Part shown: positions 1 to 9,862 of the stretch, piece after piece
How positions within the stretch are numbered: position 1 is the first letter of the stretch
Layout of the letters: each line of letters opens with the position of its first letter
Virus record (IMG/VR): IMGVR_UViG_3300049048_000052
Location: 86,643 to 150,642 of that record
Strand: one strand, 5' to 3'
Origin: a virus
Length of the DNA: 64,000 nt
Program-made: the position numbers and the translations under genes
Notes under the pieces: model-generated
What the model saw: the letters and a program-made list of their open reading frames with translations, nothing else
The model's database searches: none
What the model was told of the DNA's origin: nothing

Positions 1-81
1 CTAAGGCAACTTAGGTATAAGAATGAGGTACCCAGTACATTTGAAGCCATTTGGAGATCATTGTTCGATTAAGCCTTTGCT

Positions 82-375
82 ATGACGACCGATAGAATAA
101 GATCAAAAGTTTACATAATGAAGGCGGACTTTAGCTCCGCCAATGGGGTTAATATGTCAGTAGGTAGTGTTATGGGTATAGACCCTAACATAATAGACCT
201 ACCTGAGGGTTGGGTAGTATGTGATGGTCGTAATATTAATGACCTCACGTATTACCCCGCCCTGCAGAACTACTTAAGGCGTGGAGGAGAGAAAAGGCTC
301 CCCACACAGGAAGAGATATCTGAGACCATTAACAATTGGAAGCTGACTATACAAGACCGTAATATACTGAACTAG
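82..375 (+). CDS. hypothetical protein
   Basis: 97-aa ORF at the start of a same-strand, tightly packed gene array; no recognisable motif. Confidence 0.4.
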   Translation: MTTDRIRSKVYIMKADFSSANGVNMSVGSVMGIDPNIIDLPEGWVVCDGRNINDLTYYPALQNYLRRGGEKRLPTQEEISETINNWKLTIQDRNILN

Positions 376-404
376 CTACATAAGCAGTTTATCCAGGCAC
401 TGAC

Positions 405-938
405 ATGCAACTCAATAAAGGTTCGTTAGTCCGGTTACGTGCTAATCAGATTGCTACTATGAGAAGCAATCTGGTTGATGTAGAATGGTTGATTCAGAAT
501 GAGGACCTATATTGTAGGTCTCTTGCTCTTCTGTTACCTAAAGTTGGCCAATATTGGAGGAATGCAATTGATGGTAGTCCTAAGACTTTAAGGGAGGCTA
601 TAGAGTGGTTGAGTAATCAACGCTTTAAGGTTACCCTAACAGCACCAGAGGGTGCCATCAGGGTTATTGTTCAGCATCCTATTACGGGCCGCATGGCTAC
701 ACTACTTACTGCATGGGTAGAACTCAATACAGTAATAACAAGGACTGAGCCTCTAATGGTAGGTGTGGCCCTTAATAAACAGGGTGAGGTTCTAAGAGAT
801 CCTGATGGTAACCCTATTAGGATTGAGCCTCATAATGTTGAGTTCTTTGTGGAGCCCGTTCCATTGGAGAAACAGCCTGCAATGAGCGGGGGTAATACTA
901 GAGGAGGAAGAAAGGTGGGAAGGGCACCTAAGTCGTAA
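405..938 (+). CDS. hypothetical protein
   Basis: 177-aa ORF with ATG start, tiling with neighbours. Confidence 0.5.
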   Translation: MQLNKGSLVRLRANQIATMRSNLVDVEWLIQNEDLYCRSLALLLPKVGQYWRNAIDGSPKTLREAIEWLSNQRFKVTLTAPEGAIRVIVQHPITGRMATLLTAWVELNTVITRTEPLMVGVALNKQGEVLRDPDGNPIRIEPHNVEFFVEPVPLEKQPAMSGGNTRGGRKVGRAPKS

Positions 939-1101
939 TGTGTTTGAATGAGGATATGATATGTCTTCCCTATGAGGAGGACATCTGGTACTATGATGGA
1001 CCTTGGGCTATGGGGACAGCAGTAGATCCCCCTAGACCAGAGGTCGGATCGGTGGACAGTAGATCCACTGATCTACCATGCCTTCATGCTATGATTAATA
1101 C

Positions 1102-1410
1102 ATGGCAAGAAGGCACAAACTTATTGGAATCTATAGAATAGAGTGTCTCTCCTCAGGTAAGGTATACATTGGTTCATCCAAGGATATCTGCATGAGATGG
1201 AGTTCACATCTATTAGACTTAATCATGGGTAGACACCATAACCAGGGAATGCAAGATGACTTCCGGCGTTATGGTCTACCCGGATTTAAGTTCACCATAC
1301 TTAAATTGGTTGATACTGTTAGGGGCCTAAAGATGGCCGAACAGGTGGAGATGGATCAGGTAGACCTACGCAAACTATATAACATGAAGAGAGCAGTAGC
1401 TAAGAGATAA
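1102..1410 (+). CDS. GIY-YIG nuclease domain protein
   Basis: N-terminal IGIYRIECLSSGKVYIGSS followed by conserved R, H, N and YN positions typical of the GIY-YIG catalytic module; only 102 aa, so the catalytic domain without an obvious DNA-binding extension. Confidence 0.65.
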   Translation: MARRHKLIGIYRIECLSSGKVYIGSSKDICMRWSSHLLDLIMGRHHNQGMQDDFRRYGLPGFKFTILKLVDTVRGLKMAEQVEMDQVDLRKLYNMKRAVAKR

Positions 1411-1460
1411 GGGGGCCAAACAGCCTCCTTATTTATTGTTTATAGAAGTAGGTATATAAG

Positions 1461-2147
1461 ATGATGTATATTCCAAGTGATGGAATGTTTGGGGACATAC
1501 TAACATTAATGGACCTGTCAAAGAAGGATCCTAGTAAGGTTATGCCTCTGTTTAAGGTACCGGGGAGTAGACCCTTGGAGACCTTTACTTTAGAGGGTGT
1601 TATCTATAGCACACTACGTGAGATAGCAGCCTATACTGGATTCTCCGAATCTACTATATCAGGTAGAAGGAGCGATGAAGAGTTCAGATATAGAAAGATA
1701 TTTGGGGAGAATCATAAGAACAAATCTGTCTCTCCTGAGCTAATGAGGGCAGGTGGTATGTCTGAGGATCGTATACCCAAAATGTCTCATCAGGGTATTG
1801 CTATAGATGAGATAGTCTGGGCTCTTATGTGTATCAACAGAGTAAACCTAATGGATGGTAGAGGCAGTGTTGCTATTACCCCCGTAGCTATTGAGATACT
1901 TGATAAGTTAGAGGTAATTAAGCCTGCCATAGCTAGTCCTGCCTCTATATTAAATAGTGTAATGAGTAGGAAGGGTAAATTTGTAGAGGCACAAGGTATA
2001 AAGATATACTCTGATTGTCTTAGGGAAGCAGCCAGGTTAGGAATAACTACTGATGCTCTGAACGCAGATGATGCTCCTATAGAGTTCACTGGTACTATGA
2101 TTGCCCCCATGAAGACTATTCTGGAGCTATTATCCCAATGCTATTAG
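1461..2147 (+). CDS. hypothetical protein
   Basis: 228-aa ORF preceded by GGTATATAAG directly before the ATG. Confidence 0.5.
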   Translation: MMYIPSDGMFGDILTLMDLSKKDPSKVMPLFKVPGSRPLETFTLEGVIYSTLREIAAYTGFSESTISGRRSDEEFRYRKIFGENHKNKSVSPELMRAGGMSEDRIPKMSHQGIAIDEIVWALMCINRVNLMDGRGSVAITPVAIEILDKLEVIKPAIASPASILNSVMSRKGKFVEAQGIKIYSDCLREAARLGITTDALNADDAPIEFTGTMIAPMKTILELLSQCY

Positions 2148-2575
2148 AAACTATTAAGTCTGACCTAAATGAGTCTAGGAGATCAGGGGACTCTGCTAAG
2201 CGAGATATCCTAACTGTATTACTATCCCAAGTCGAGGCCAGGATTAAAGATACAGGTCAAGAAGTAGTCGATGCCGATGTTATTAACCTAGTTAAGAAAT
2301 GTATCAAGGAGAGAGAGGAGCTAGCTGGTGCATATGTAACAGCAGGTAGACCCACACTCAATATTGATACAGAGATATCTATACTTAAGGCATATATCCC
2401 TCAGCAAATAAGCCGAGAGGATTTAAAGACCATCATAACTACTGTTAAAGAAGTAAGTGCTAATGCAGATGGCCCCAAGTTAAAGGGTGTGGTCATGAAG
2501 TATCTGAAGCAGAACTATGATGGCACCTATGATCCAAGTATGGCATCTTCTATTATTGATGAAATAAATAAATAA
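2138..2575 (+). CDS. GatB/YqeY domain protein
   Basis: 145-aa protein whose motif spacing (ARIKD, ELAGAYVTAGRP, ILKAYIPQQIS, GPKLKGVVMKYLK) matches the YqeY/GatB C-terminal helical domain family. Confidence 0.55.
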   Translation: MLLETIKSDLNESRRSGDSAKRDILTVLLSQVEARIKDTGQEVVDADVINLVKKCIKEREELAGAYVTAGRPTLNIDTEISILKAYIPQQISREDLKTIITTVKEVSANADGPKLKGVVMKYLKQNYDGTYDPSMASSIIDEINK

Positions 2576-2668
2576 CTATTGCCTGGTATGGTTCTCTATG
2601 TACCCCATAGAAAACTCTAGTGAATACAGCGCTTAACTGTTCCTATGCCCAGGCTTTCCTATTTGGAT

Positions 2669-2708
2669 AAGGGTGAGCATTCTTAGATCTTTAAGGCTCA
2701 CCCTTTGT
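2669..2708 (+). terminator. rho-independent terminator-like hairpin
   Basis: AAGGGTGAGC ... GCTCACCCTT then TGTC. Confidence 0.45.
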
Positions 2709-2757
2709 CATAGCTAAGATTTATTATATACAAACCACTATATGGACTATATTTATT

Positions 2758-3543
2758 ATGACTAAGGCAAGGATAACCTCTGGCTACTGCGAGGGCAAGA
2801 GGGGTGGCGATAATGGGTACTCTCAATTAATGCTAGGTGTACTAATTCCTAAGGATCATGACACCTGTAAATTGTATGGAGCAGTAGAGGACTTCCAACA
2901 ATCTATTGCTATATGTTTAGAGGCTAACGAGCTAATGGATCCCTCATTAGAGCATGTGATGAAGTGGTTACATACTAATATGTTCTCCCTTTCCTCCTAT
3001 GCTTTTATGAAGGGTGAGACCTCTAACCATGAGATGCCCCAGGGATTCCTTCATTATATTGAGGGAGCCATAGAGGATATGAAGGCTGATATAGGGGATG
3101 CACCTGACTTTCTGGTGTACTCCCATAAGAGTCTCATCCACCTGAATGAAATTAGAATTAGAACTAGAGAAGTAGAAAGTAGATTTGTTGGTTGGAAGCG
3201 TAGCTTGGAGATGCAGTTACACCTCAAGGGACCTCTTGCCGTCCTACCGTTTGAGGTGAATGTCCCTCTCTCCTGGTATGAAGGTAAGCATAGTGCCCTC
3301 GTAGAGAAGCTGTTTGGTAAGAGATACCTTCTCCCGATTATTAATTATCATATACAAGTGTTAAACAGACTTTCCTCTTACTTCTTCTGGGCCTCTAGGG
3401 TTCAGGGTAAATTACTAGCTGGTAGATCTGAGGATAGTGGCCTCATTGAGAGATACTGGCAGGGTAAGATTGAGGAATTCGATATTGATTGTGCTAAACA
3501 GAAGGAAGCATATGTCGGAAGAACAATTGGAGCAACAGCCTGA
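2758..3543 (+). CDS. hypothetical protein
   Basis: 261-aa ORF. Confidence 0.5.
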   Translation: MTKARITSGYCEGKRGGDNGYSQLMLGVLIPKDHDTCKLYGAVEDFQQSIAICLEANELMDPSLEHVMKWLHTNMFSLSSYAFMKGETSNHEMPQGFLHYIEGAIEDMKADIGDAPDFLVYSHKSLIHLNEIRIRTREVESRFVGWKRSLEMQLHLKGPLAVLPFEVNVPLSWYEGKHSALVEKLFGKRYLLPIINYHIQVLNRLSSYFFWASRVQGKLLAGRSEDSGLIERYWQGKIEEFDIDCAKQKEAYVGRTIGATA

Positions 3544-3850
3544 GGTAGAGACGACCTTTAAGGACACCTTAGATCAATACAGTAACCTAGTCCTAGGTTA
3601 TGTGTTGCAGTCCTTAAAGGCCCGTAACTTCACCTTCTATGGGGTATCCTTGGTATCCCTAGTAGGTCTATTCTTAGCTCTAGAAGTAGGGGATATCTTT
3701 AATAAGATCCCTTTCTATGGAAGTCTAAGTACTACAGCATTCACAGGATGGCTTATCTATTCTATGGTGACTGTAGAACGTAGGAAGGTACTCTTTGCTA
3801 AGCTTGATGAGATCAAGGCAGCAGTCTTAGGTACTGAAGAACAAACCTAG
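3514..3850 (+). CDS. small membrane protein
   Basis: Hydrophobic segments; internal ATG at 3514 chosen because the listed upstream start overlaps the preceding gene by about 100 nt. Confidence 0.4.
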
Positions 3851-3858
3851 GAAAACTA

Positions 3859-3883
3859 AGAGGGACCCATGGGTCCCTCTATT
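3859..3883 (+). terminator. palindromic terminator (AGAGGGACC family)
   Basis: AGAGGGACCCATGGGTCCCTCT perfect palindrome then ATTCATTTAT. Confidence 0.5.
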
Positions 3884-3890
3884 CATTTAT

Positions 3891-4424
3891 ATGGTAAATA
3901 CTATGGATGCAAATGATATATATGGGGCGCCAGCAATAGCCTCAACCTTTGATCTAAGTCAGATAATAGGGGTATATACCAATATATTCCCTGAGCTTAA
4001 TGTTATTGGTTCATTCAATCAGAGGACCAGGGATAACATTAGAGAGAATAATAGGTCAATAGAGTTCAGGGTAACCCATCAGTTCAGCAATAGCTATGAG
4101 AGGTACAATGATGTCTCATCCTGGCTGATAGCCTCCATGTGGTATAACAGTGAGGCCTTTATGATTATGAGGAACGTAGGAAGGAATGGGGATAACTACC
4201 CTAGCTTCTTTGTGACTGATAGCCAGACCTATCATACTGCCCTATACCATCTATTCAGTCTACTAGAGGTTGATGCTGACTTCTCTGATGAGGCATGGTC
4301 ACCCCTCTCGGGAACCATAACTACGATGCCAGGGGAGCTAACAATGGTAGAGGTGGCCTATGATGATCCTACTTTGATCAAGGCATTAAATCATAGTATT
4401 AGATATGGTCCATTGACTTATTGA
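3891..4424 (+). CDS. hypothetical protein
   Basis: 177-aa ORF. Confidence 0.5.
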   Translation: MVNTMDANDIYGAPAIASTFDLSQIIGVYTNIFPELNVIGSFNQRTRDNIRENNRSIEFRVTHQFSNSYERYNDVSSWLIASMWYNSEAFMIMRNVGRNGDNYPSFFVTDSQTYHTALYHLFSLLEVDADFSDEAWSPLSGTITTMPGELTMVEVAYDDPTLIKALNHSIRYGPLTY

Positions 4425-4454
4425 TTATCAGTATTAAATAAAAGGTATATAAAC

Positions 4455-5300
4455 ATGACGGCCTGGTGTAAGACGGATAAGGGCATTACTGCTTCCTATA
4501 GAGGCAAGATATATAACATATTAAGTACTAATCCTAAATATGGTGAGATCATTGAGCTCATTAAGGCTAAGGAATGGGAGAGTGCTATTGAGTTACTTGA
4601 TGTAGCTCAGACAATCGAAAAGAAATCTGATGGTGCCTTTAGTGTTAGGGATGGTCTAGTGTATGTTAAGGGTGAGGATCGTCCTCTACCCGAGGTGTTA
4701 TCTAAGAGAGTCCTAGACTTCTATGAGGAGGGCCTAGATTATGCACCGTTACTTAAGTTCTGGGGCCATGTTAAGTTGAACCCCAGTAACCGGGCAGTGG
4801 ATAGATTATATGAATGTCTAGAACATAATCATCATCCTATTACTGAGGACGGCAACTTCCTTGCATATAAGAAGGTAAGGCAGAGTCCTGATGGTAACCT
4901 ATATGATATTTATACCTATAGGAATGATAAGGGGACCTTCCTTAATAATGTAGGTCTTACTGTAACTATACAAAGGAATCTAGTTGATGAGAATATCGAC
5001 CAAACATGCTCTTATGGGTTGCATGTGGCTTCTTATGATTATGCTGCTAGAGTTTATGGTTCTGATAGCGATGTGCTCCTAGAGGTCGAGGTTAATCCTA
5101 AGGACGTAGTTGCTATTCCTCGTGACTATAATAACCAAAAGATGAGAGTCTGTGCCTATAAGGTATTAGCTATCAGTGCTGGTTATGAGAGGACTGAGGC
5201 ATACGTTGGGTATGATCAGTACGAGGATGAGGACGAAGAGGAAGCCTATTGGGATGACCATTACAGCTATCTCTATGGGGACTATGATGAAGAATACTAA
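4455..5300 (+). CDS. hypothetical protein with acidic C-terminal tail
   Basis: 281-aa ORF preceded by GGTATATAAAC next to the ATG; C-terminus is a DEDEEEAYWDD...DYDEEY acidic tail. Confidence 0.55.
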   Translation: MTAWCKTDKGITASYRGKIYNILSTNPKYGEIIELIKAKEWESAIELLDVAQTIEKKSDGAFSVRDGLVYVKGEDRPLPEVLSKRVLDFYEEGLDYAPLLKFWGHVKLNPSNRAVDRLYECLEHNHHPITEDGNFLAYKKVRQSPDGNLYDIYTYRNDKGTFLNNVGLTVTIQRNLVDENIDQTCSYGLHVASYDYAARVYGSDSDVLLEVEVNPKDVVAIPRDYNNQKMRVCAYKVLAISAGYERTEAYVGYDQYEDEDEEEAYWDDHYSYLYGDYDEEY

Positions 5301-5871
5301 GATAATTGGTATAGATATTGATGGAACTGTAGCCGATACGGGAGAGTGGTTTGCAAAGGCTCTCTCCAGGGCTACAGGTAAACAGTTGGGTTACTTGGAT
5401 ATCAGTGGTCATGGTTGGGTAGAGGAGGGTATATGCACTCCTCTCCAGTGTGAGGCAGTACTAAGAGAGTACTGGGATACTGGGTATATGGAAGTGGAAC
5501 CTATGGAGGGAGCACGTAGGAAGATAAGAGGTCTATTGTTTAGTAGTGCGGCCCCCTGGGAGATCATATTTGTTACCGCTAGACCTATAGATATGCATGA
5601 TAAAACGGAGGAGTGGCTGTGTAAACATGACTTCTATTATGATAGGTTGATCTGCACGGGCTCCCATAATAAGCATGAGCTACCCATAGACTTCTCCCTA
5701 TTCATTGAGGATAGATATGAGACAGCCCTAGCATTTGCTGAGAAGGGTGTCCCATGTCTCCTCATTGATAACCCTTGGAACGCAGGTAAACCTGAGCATG
5801 ACCTAATACATAGGTGTTATGGGGGTTGGGAAGAGGTTGGTGCCTATATTAGCGAAGGTGTGTATGTCTAA
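5284..5871 (+). CDS. HAD-superfamily phosphatase (5'(3')-nucleotidase or Pnkp-phosphatase-like)
   Basis: IGIDIDGTVAD (DxDGT HAD motif I) at the N-terminus; the start is set at the internal ATG 5284 because the longer ORF overlaps the previous gene. Confidence 0.6.
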   Translation: MMKNTKIIGIDIDGTVADTGEWFAKALSRATGKQLGYLDISGHGWVEEGICTPLQCEAVLREYWDTGYMEVEPMEGARRKIRGLLFSSAAPWEIIFVTARPIDMHDKTEEWLCKHDFYYDRLICTGSHNKHELPIDFSLFIEDRYETALAFAEKGVPCLLIDNPWNAGKPEHDLIHRCYGGWEEVGAYISEGVYV

Positions 5872-6196
5872 AGAGTTCTTCATAACTGATGCACAGGAAG
5901 CTAAGCTTAACAAATGGTTAACCCAGGTTAAGAAGGAAGTCTGTGAGGAACAGATGGCCTTCTATCGTGATGCCATCATTAATCGTAGGGATGATGATAT
6001 CTTACCTATTGAGTGGTATCAAACTAAACTTAGCTTCATAGAATCCTGTTACAGAGAAGACAAGTATTATCCTTATGAGGGGGCCTCTGGTGGAGGTCTA
6101 AGCTATACATTTGTGCCTACTGGTCTTGGTATGGCTGTCAGCTGTAATTACTTCGGACGTGAGATAGACCTTACTGACCTCAATAGTTGGGGATAA
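5863..6196 (+). CDS. hypothetical protein
   Basis: ATG overlaps the stop of the HAD gene (ATGTCTAA); about 110 aa. Confidence 0.4.
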
Positions 6197-6750
6197 TTAT
6201 GCTCAAAGTAATTAGTCTGATGGGAGCCCCTGGCACAGGTAAGAGTACCTTAGCCCATGGGCTCTTTTATTTGATTAGATCTCAGTTCCCCTATATTAAA
6301 ACAGAGTTCGTCTCTGAATTTGCTAAAGACATGGTATGGAGAGGGGAACCCTTCCTTAGTCAAGGCTACATTACAAGTAACCAGTTCTACAGGATGAGGA
6401 TTCTGCAGGGTAAGGTTGACCTAGTAGTAAGTGATAGTTGCCTTCTCAATGGTTTGTTATACAAAGGAACCTGGGACAATAACTATATAGAAGATTTAAT
6501 ATTGGGTCTCCATAGTCACTTTGATAACTATGTAATACATACAGGCCCTCCTCCTAAAGAGTATGAATCCTCAGGTAGGATTCAGGAATATGAGGAGAGT
6601 ATGGAGATACATAGGAATGGTATAGAAGAACTAAGACCTATGTCATCAAAGATGAAGACGATACTACCTCATTTCCAGTCAGCTGAGTCTGTACTTGCTA
6701 GTGTTATTGATAATGGGTTTCTAGATAAGTTATTAGGTAAGACAAGTTAG
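6187..6750 (+). CDS. P-loop NTPase (kinase-like)
   Basis: Walker A LMGAPGTGKSTLA near the N-terminus; small (about 185 aa), consistent with a nucleotide or polynucleotide kinase-type fold. Confidence 0.55.
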   Translation: MGIIMLKVISLMGAPGTGKSTLAHGLFYLIRSQFPYIKTEFVSEFAKDMVWRGEPFLSQGYITSNQFYRMRILQGKVDLVVSDSCLLNGLLYKGTWDNNYIEDLILGLHSHFDNYVIHTGPPPKEYESSGRIQEYEESMEIHRNGIEELRPMSSKMKTILPHFQSAESVLASVIDNGFLDKLLGKTS

Positions 6751-6752
6751 TT

Positions 6753-7112
6753 ATGTTAGGTATAGATGATTATACTCTTGCACTATCGGATGAGCAGAGG
6801 ACAAGACTAGAAGCCTGGATAGGGCCGGTAAGAGAGGCAGTAGCAGCCCAATATGTAAATGATAGATGGGCAAAGTTCCATGCTTGGCATCCAGACTTTG
6901 GAGATAGCATAGATGTCCTAGAGACTTACGCTGAGATAGCAGAGGAACGGTTTGAGGCTGGGGACTATGAGGTACCCACTGAACTAGATGATGCTCTAAC
7001 CATCATGTTTACTCATACTGAGGATGGCATAGTCACCCGTTGTAGATATCATGGTTATGAGATAAACCTAGATACTGGTGAAGAGAGATATACTGGTGAA
7101 GATGATTATTAA
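6753..7112 (+). CDS. hypothetical protein
   Basis: 119-aa ORF. Confidence 0.45.
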   Translation: MLGIDDYTLALSDEQRTRLEAWIGPVREAVAAQYVNDRWAKFHAWHPDFGDSIDVLETYAEIAEERFEAGDYEVPTELDDALTIMFTHTEDGIVTRCRYHGYEINLDTGEERYTGEDDY

Positions 7113-7197
7113 CCTTTGTAACTAATGGGATGAGGGCATCCCGGTAATAACTATTGAAGCATCTATCTATTAGGTGTAGTTCTTAGCGGAGAAACTC

Positions 7198-7773
7198 ATG
7201 TCCATATTTACCAAGGAGCAGTTGCTTCATATCTACGATGGTAGGTTTAGAGATAAAAACGGTAAGCTCCTCAAAAGGATGACTGACATCCTAAATATAC
7301 CCTGCACTATCTTCTGTGATATTACCAAGAACGATATGATCTTAGTATTTGTTCAAGGTATACAGGAAGGTAAACAAGTTACCTATGAGGTGGTAGAGGT
7401 TGAGATAGGAGATAATGTACCTCCTATCTTAGATGTTAGAGGAGAGGAGAGACCCCTTAATAAGGCACTGATCATTCCAGTAGCTGTATTACCTCATGTT
7501 ATACCTGGACGTATCCTCAATAAACCTCCAGACTTTGGAGATACTGAAAGGCGAATCAACAAGGGTAAGACCCTGTTCTTCTCTTATGAAGAAGAGCAAA
7601 CAGGTAGACATGTCTATCACCTGATCTGGAAGGTGGGTCTTGACACTAGGGGTAGGGACTATATAGCTGTACTGGGTTTAGAGGCAAAGCCCTTTAAGCA
7701 ACTAAAGCTGTATACACCTCAGTTTGCAAGGACCAAATCTGAGGCGAGAGAGCTTAAGCTTGTGGCCAATTGA
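7198..7773 (+). CDS. hypothetical protein
   Basis: 191-aa ORF. Confidence 0.5.
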   Translation: MSIFTKEQLLHIYDGRFRDKNGKLLKRMTDILNIPCTIFCDITKNDMILVFVQGIQEGKQVTYEVVEVEIGDNVPPILDVRGEERPLNKALIIPVAVLPHVIPGRILNKPPDFGDTERRINKGKTLFFSYEEEQTGRHVYHLIWKVGLDTRGRDYIAVLGLEAKPFKQLKLYTPQFARTKSEARELKLVAN

Positions 7774-7798
7774 TTGTTCTACATAAGGAACAATAAGA

Positions 7799-8395
7799 AT
7801 GGGATGCTTTGATAGCACCTGTGCATTGACGAGGACCTCTATCCATCATGGTGACGAGGTCCTTTATGTTCAGGTTCAACCTGATGATGCAATGGACACC
7901 TATAGCTTAGTGCATGAATTCTGGAGAGTTAAAGCTCTAGCCAAATACCATGCAGAGTGTGAAGACTTAATAAAAGAGAACCCGGCACATGCTAAGTTAT
8001 TTGAGATCCAAGAGCGGCAAGTTAGAAGGTTTATCCGTCATGTAGCCATTGGTATATATGATGATTATGGCTCTATCGAGGGCTTTGATAACGAGGACAG
8101 TGTGACTAGAAGGGATTGGATGGAGTTTCAATTCATGATTCATAGGAAGGCGGCTGAGCTATTTCTAGGTGAGTCCTTGGATCCAAATAGTCTATTTGAT
8201 CAGTTAGATAGGCTAGTAGAGAAGTGTTTCTCAGCTCGTATCCAACTCTTTGGTCATCATCTTATAGGTGCCCAACACTTTGATAGGGAAGAGTTAGCTC
8301 TACAGGAGTTAGTGATTGAGGCTACTCAACTCATGATCAATGAGAAGAAAGAATATATTAGAATCAATTGGGATGAAGATGATGAAGGACAATGA
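7799..8395 (+). CDS. hypothetical protein
   Basis: 198-aa ORF. Confidence 0.5.
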   Translation: MGCFDSTCALTRTSIHHGDEVLYVQVQPDDAMDTYSLVHEFWRVKALAKYHAECEDLIKENPAHAKLFEIQERQVRRFIRHVAIGIYDDYGSIEGFDNEDSVTRRDWMEFQFMIHRKAAELFLGESLDPNSLFDQLDRLVEKCFSARIQLFGHHLIGAQHFDREELALQELVIEATQLMINEKKEYIRINWDEDDEGQ

Positions 8396-8910
8396 TGGAT
8401 GTACTATTTTATGCAGACTCACTAGTAATGGGGAGTCTAAACGCATATGGTTACCCGAGTCTGAGGCTGTAGTAGGAAAAGAACTAGACCTTGAGACCGA
8501 GGGTCGTTGGACTTACAAGTGGTTAGTAGAAGAGATCAATCTTGATCCTAATATAGTAGAAGGATAGCTGATATATAAGGGCTCTCCTCGAAGAGCAATA
8601 TAGGGAATCATTCTTGACCTGATGGTTCCCTTTCCTATTTACAATATTATAGAAGAGCCTAGGCTCACTGGTTTAGTAGTTGGATATTCCGGGGTCCCCA
8701 TAAAGGACCCCTTTCTACATTAATTAATATATAAGGTCCCTTGTGATCGTCTCAAATCCCTAAATGTGGAGGGTCCCAACTAGGACCCTCTTTCTTATAG
8801 TAACTATTATATAAACCGCACCCCTCCCTTTGTGAACAATATAAGGGATGTCCTGAGGGGTGTGTTGATATGGGTAGACATCCCTATTTCTTAAACTAAG
8901 GATCAAGTAT

Positions 8911-9657
8911 ATGAATAAGCCACTATGGTTACACGCTCTCATAGCCCAGATAACTGATACTAAGAAGAGAGCGGAGGGCATCAAGAAGTCCGTATATCAG
9001 AAGTTACAGAAGGCTACTCTCTTCGTAGCTACACTAAAGGAGTACACCCCATTAGTAGAGGGAGGTATACAGTACACATCTGAGGGTACATCAATCGTAC
9101 CTGAATCAGTACCTCTACTATTGGATGAGTTCAATGAGGCTGTCTCCAAACTATTAAATGAGATGGCTACCCAGGATTGGGGCAATACAAAGGCTAAGGC
9201 CGATGTTATTATTGATGATATAGTTATTGTTAAGGATGCACCTGTAACATTCCTAATGGCGTTACAGAGTCAGCTAATTGATTATAGAACTTTGTTTGAT
9301 CATGTACCCACTCTAAGTCCCGTGGACAAGTGGGAATATAATGCAGGTCAAATGGTATGGAGCACACCAGCTACCATTACTAATAAGGAACAAGTAATTA
9401 AGGAGTGGGTACCTATCTTCCAACCTACAGAGCACCACCCAGGTGAGGCCAAGGAAGTATCTAGGACAAAGCTAGAGGGTACATGGGAGAGCCGTAAGTT
9501 TAGTACTGCACTACTCCCTTCCCACAGGAAAGAATTGCTACAGAGGGTTGATAGACTAATTGAGGCGGTAAAGGTGGCACGTGAGGAGGCCAACCGTATT
9601 CAAGTAGAACCCAAGGATGTAGCTACAAGTATCATTGGGTACCTAATGGGTGCCTGA
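8911..9657 (+). CDS. hypothetical protein
   Basis: 248-aa ORF after a 340-nt non-coding region. Confidence 0.5.
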   Translation: MNKPLWLHALIAQITDTKKRAEGIKKSVYQKLQKATLFVATLKEYTPLVEGGIQYTSEGTSIVPESVPLLLDEFNEAVSKLLNEMATQDWGNTKAKADVIIDDIVIVKDAPVTFLMALQSQLIDYRTLFDHVPTLSPVDKWEYNAGQMVWSTPATITNKEQVIKEWVPIFQPTEHHPGEAKEVSRTKLEGTWESRKFSTALLPSHRKELLQRVDRLIEAVKVAREEANRIQVEPKDVATSIIGYLMGA

Positions 9658-9701
9658 TGGTAAACGGCGTAGGCTAAGGTTAAAGGTGTATAGGTAATAG
9701 T

Positions 9702-9758
9702 GTAGGTTCGAATCCTGCCCTTCCCATATATGGGAAGGTAGTCCAACTGGTAGAGACT
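9702..9758 (+). other. tRNA T-arm plus 3'-acceptor module followed 5 nt later by a complementary 5'-acceptor plus D-arm-like segment
   Basis: GTAGG/TTCGAAT/CCTGC then CCTTCCC A, TATAT, then GGGAAGG TA GTCC AACTGGTAGAGAC. Confidence 0.4.
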
Positions 9759-9862
9759 GTCCAATACACTATATAAGACTGAGCATTAAGTTCAGATTAT
9801 CGCCCTAGACTAAGTCTAAGGACAACAGCTCAGGTCGACTGTCTAGGACAACATTGACCCAC

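Noticed and set aside
938-1141. ORF 938..1141 (67 aa)
   Set aside because: It overlaps the GIY-YIG gene by 40 nt, has no ribosome-binding site or motif, and a Cys/Pro-rich composition; possibly spurious, so not listed as a feature.
1790-2110. Minus-strand ORFs fully embedded antisense in plus-strand genes (for example 1790..2110, 5173..5412, 8997..9185, 9348..9593, 11139..11324, 24644..24850, 25168..25365, 30700..31089, 31607..31975, 35462..35755, 36257..36643, 38789..39028, 52354..52710, 53103..53537, 57724..58290)
   Set aside because: They overlap better-supported same-strand genes, and several encode low-complexity or Ser/Leu-rich products typical of antisense frames; no independent support.
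4455-5300. Possible nucleic-acid ligase (CKTDKG near the N-terminus of the 4455 protein)
   Set aside because: The motif is KTDKG, not the KxDG of covalent nucleotidyltransferases, and no downstream ligase motifs III to V are recognisable.
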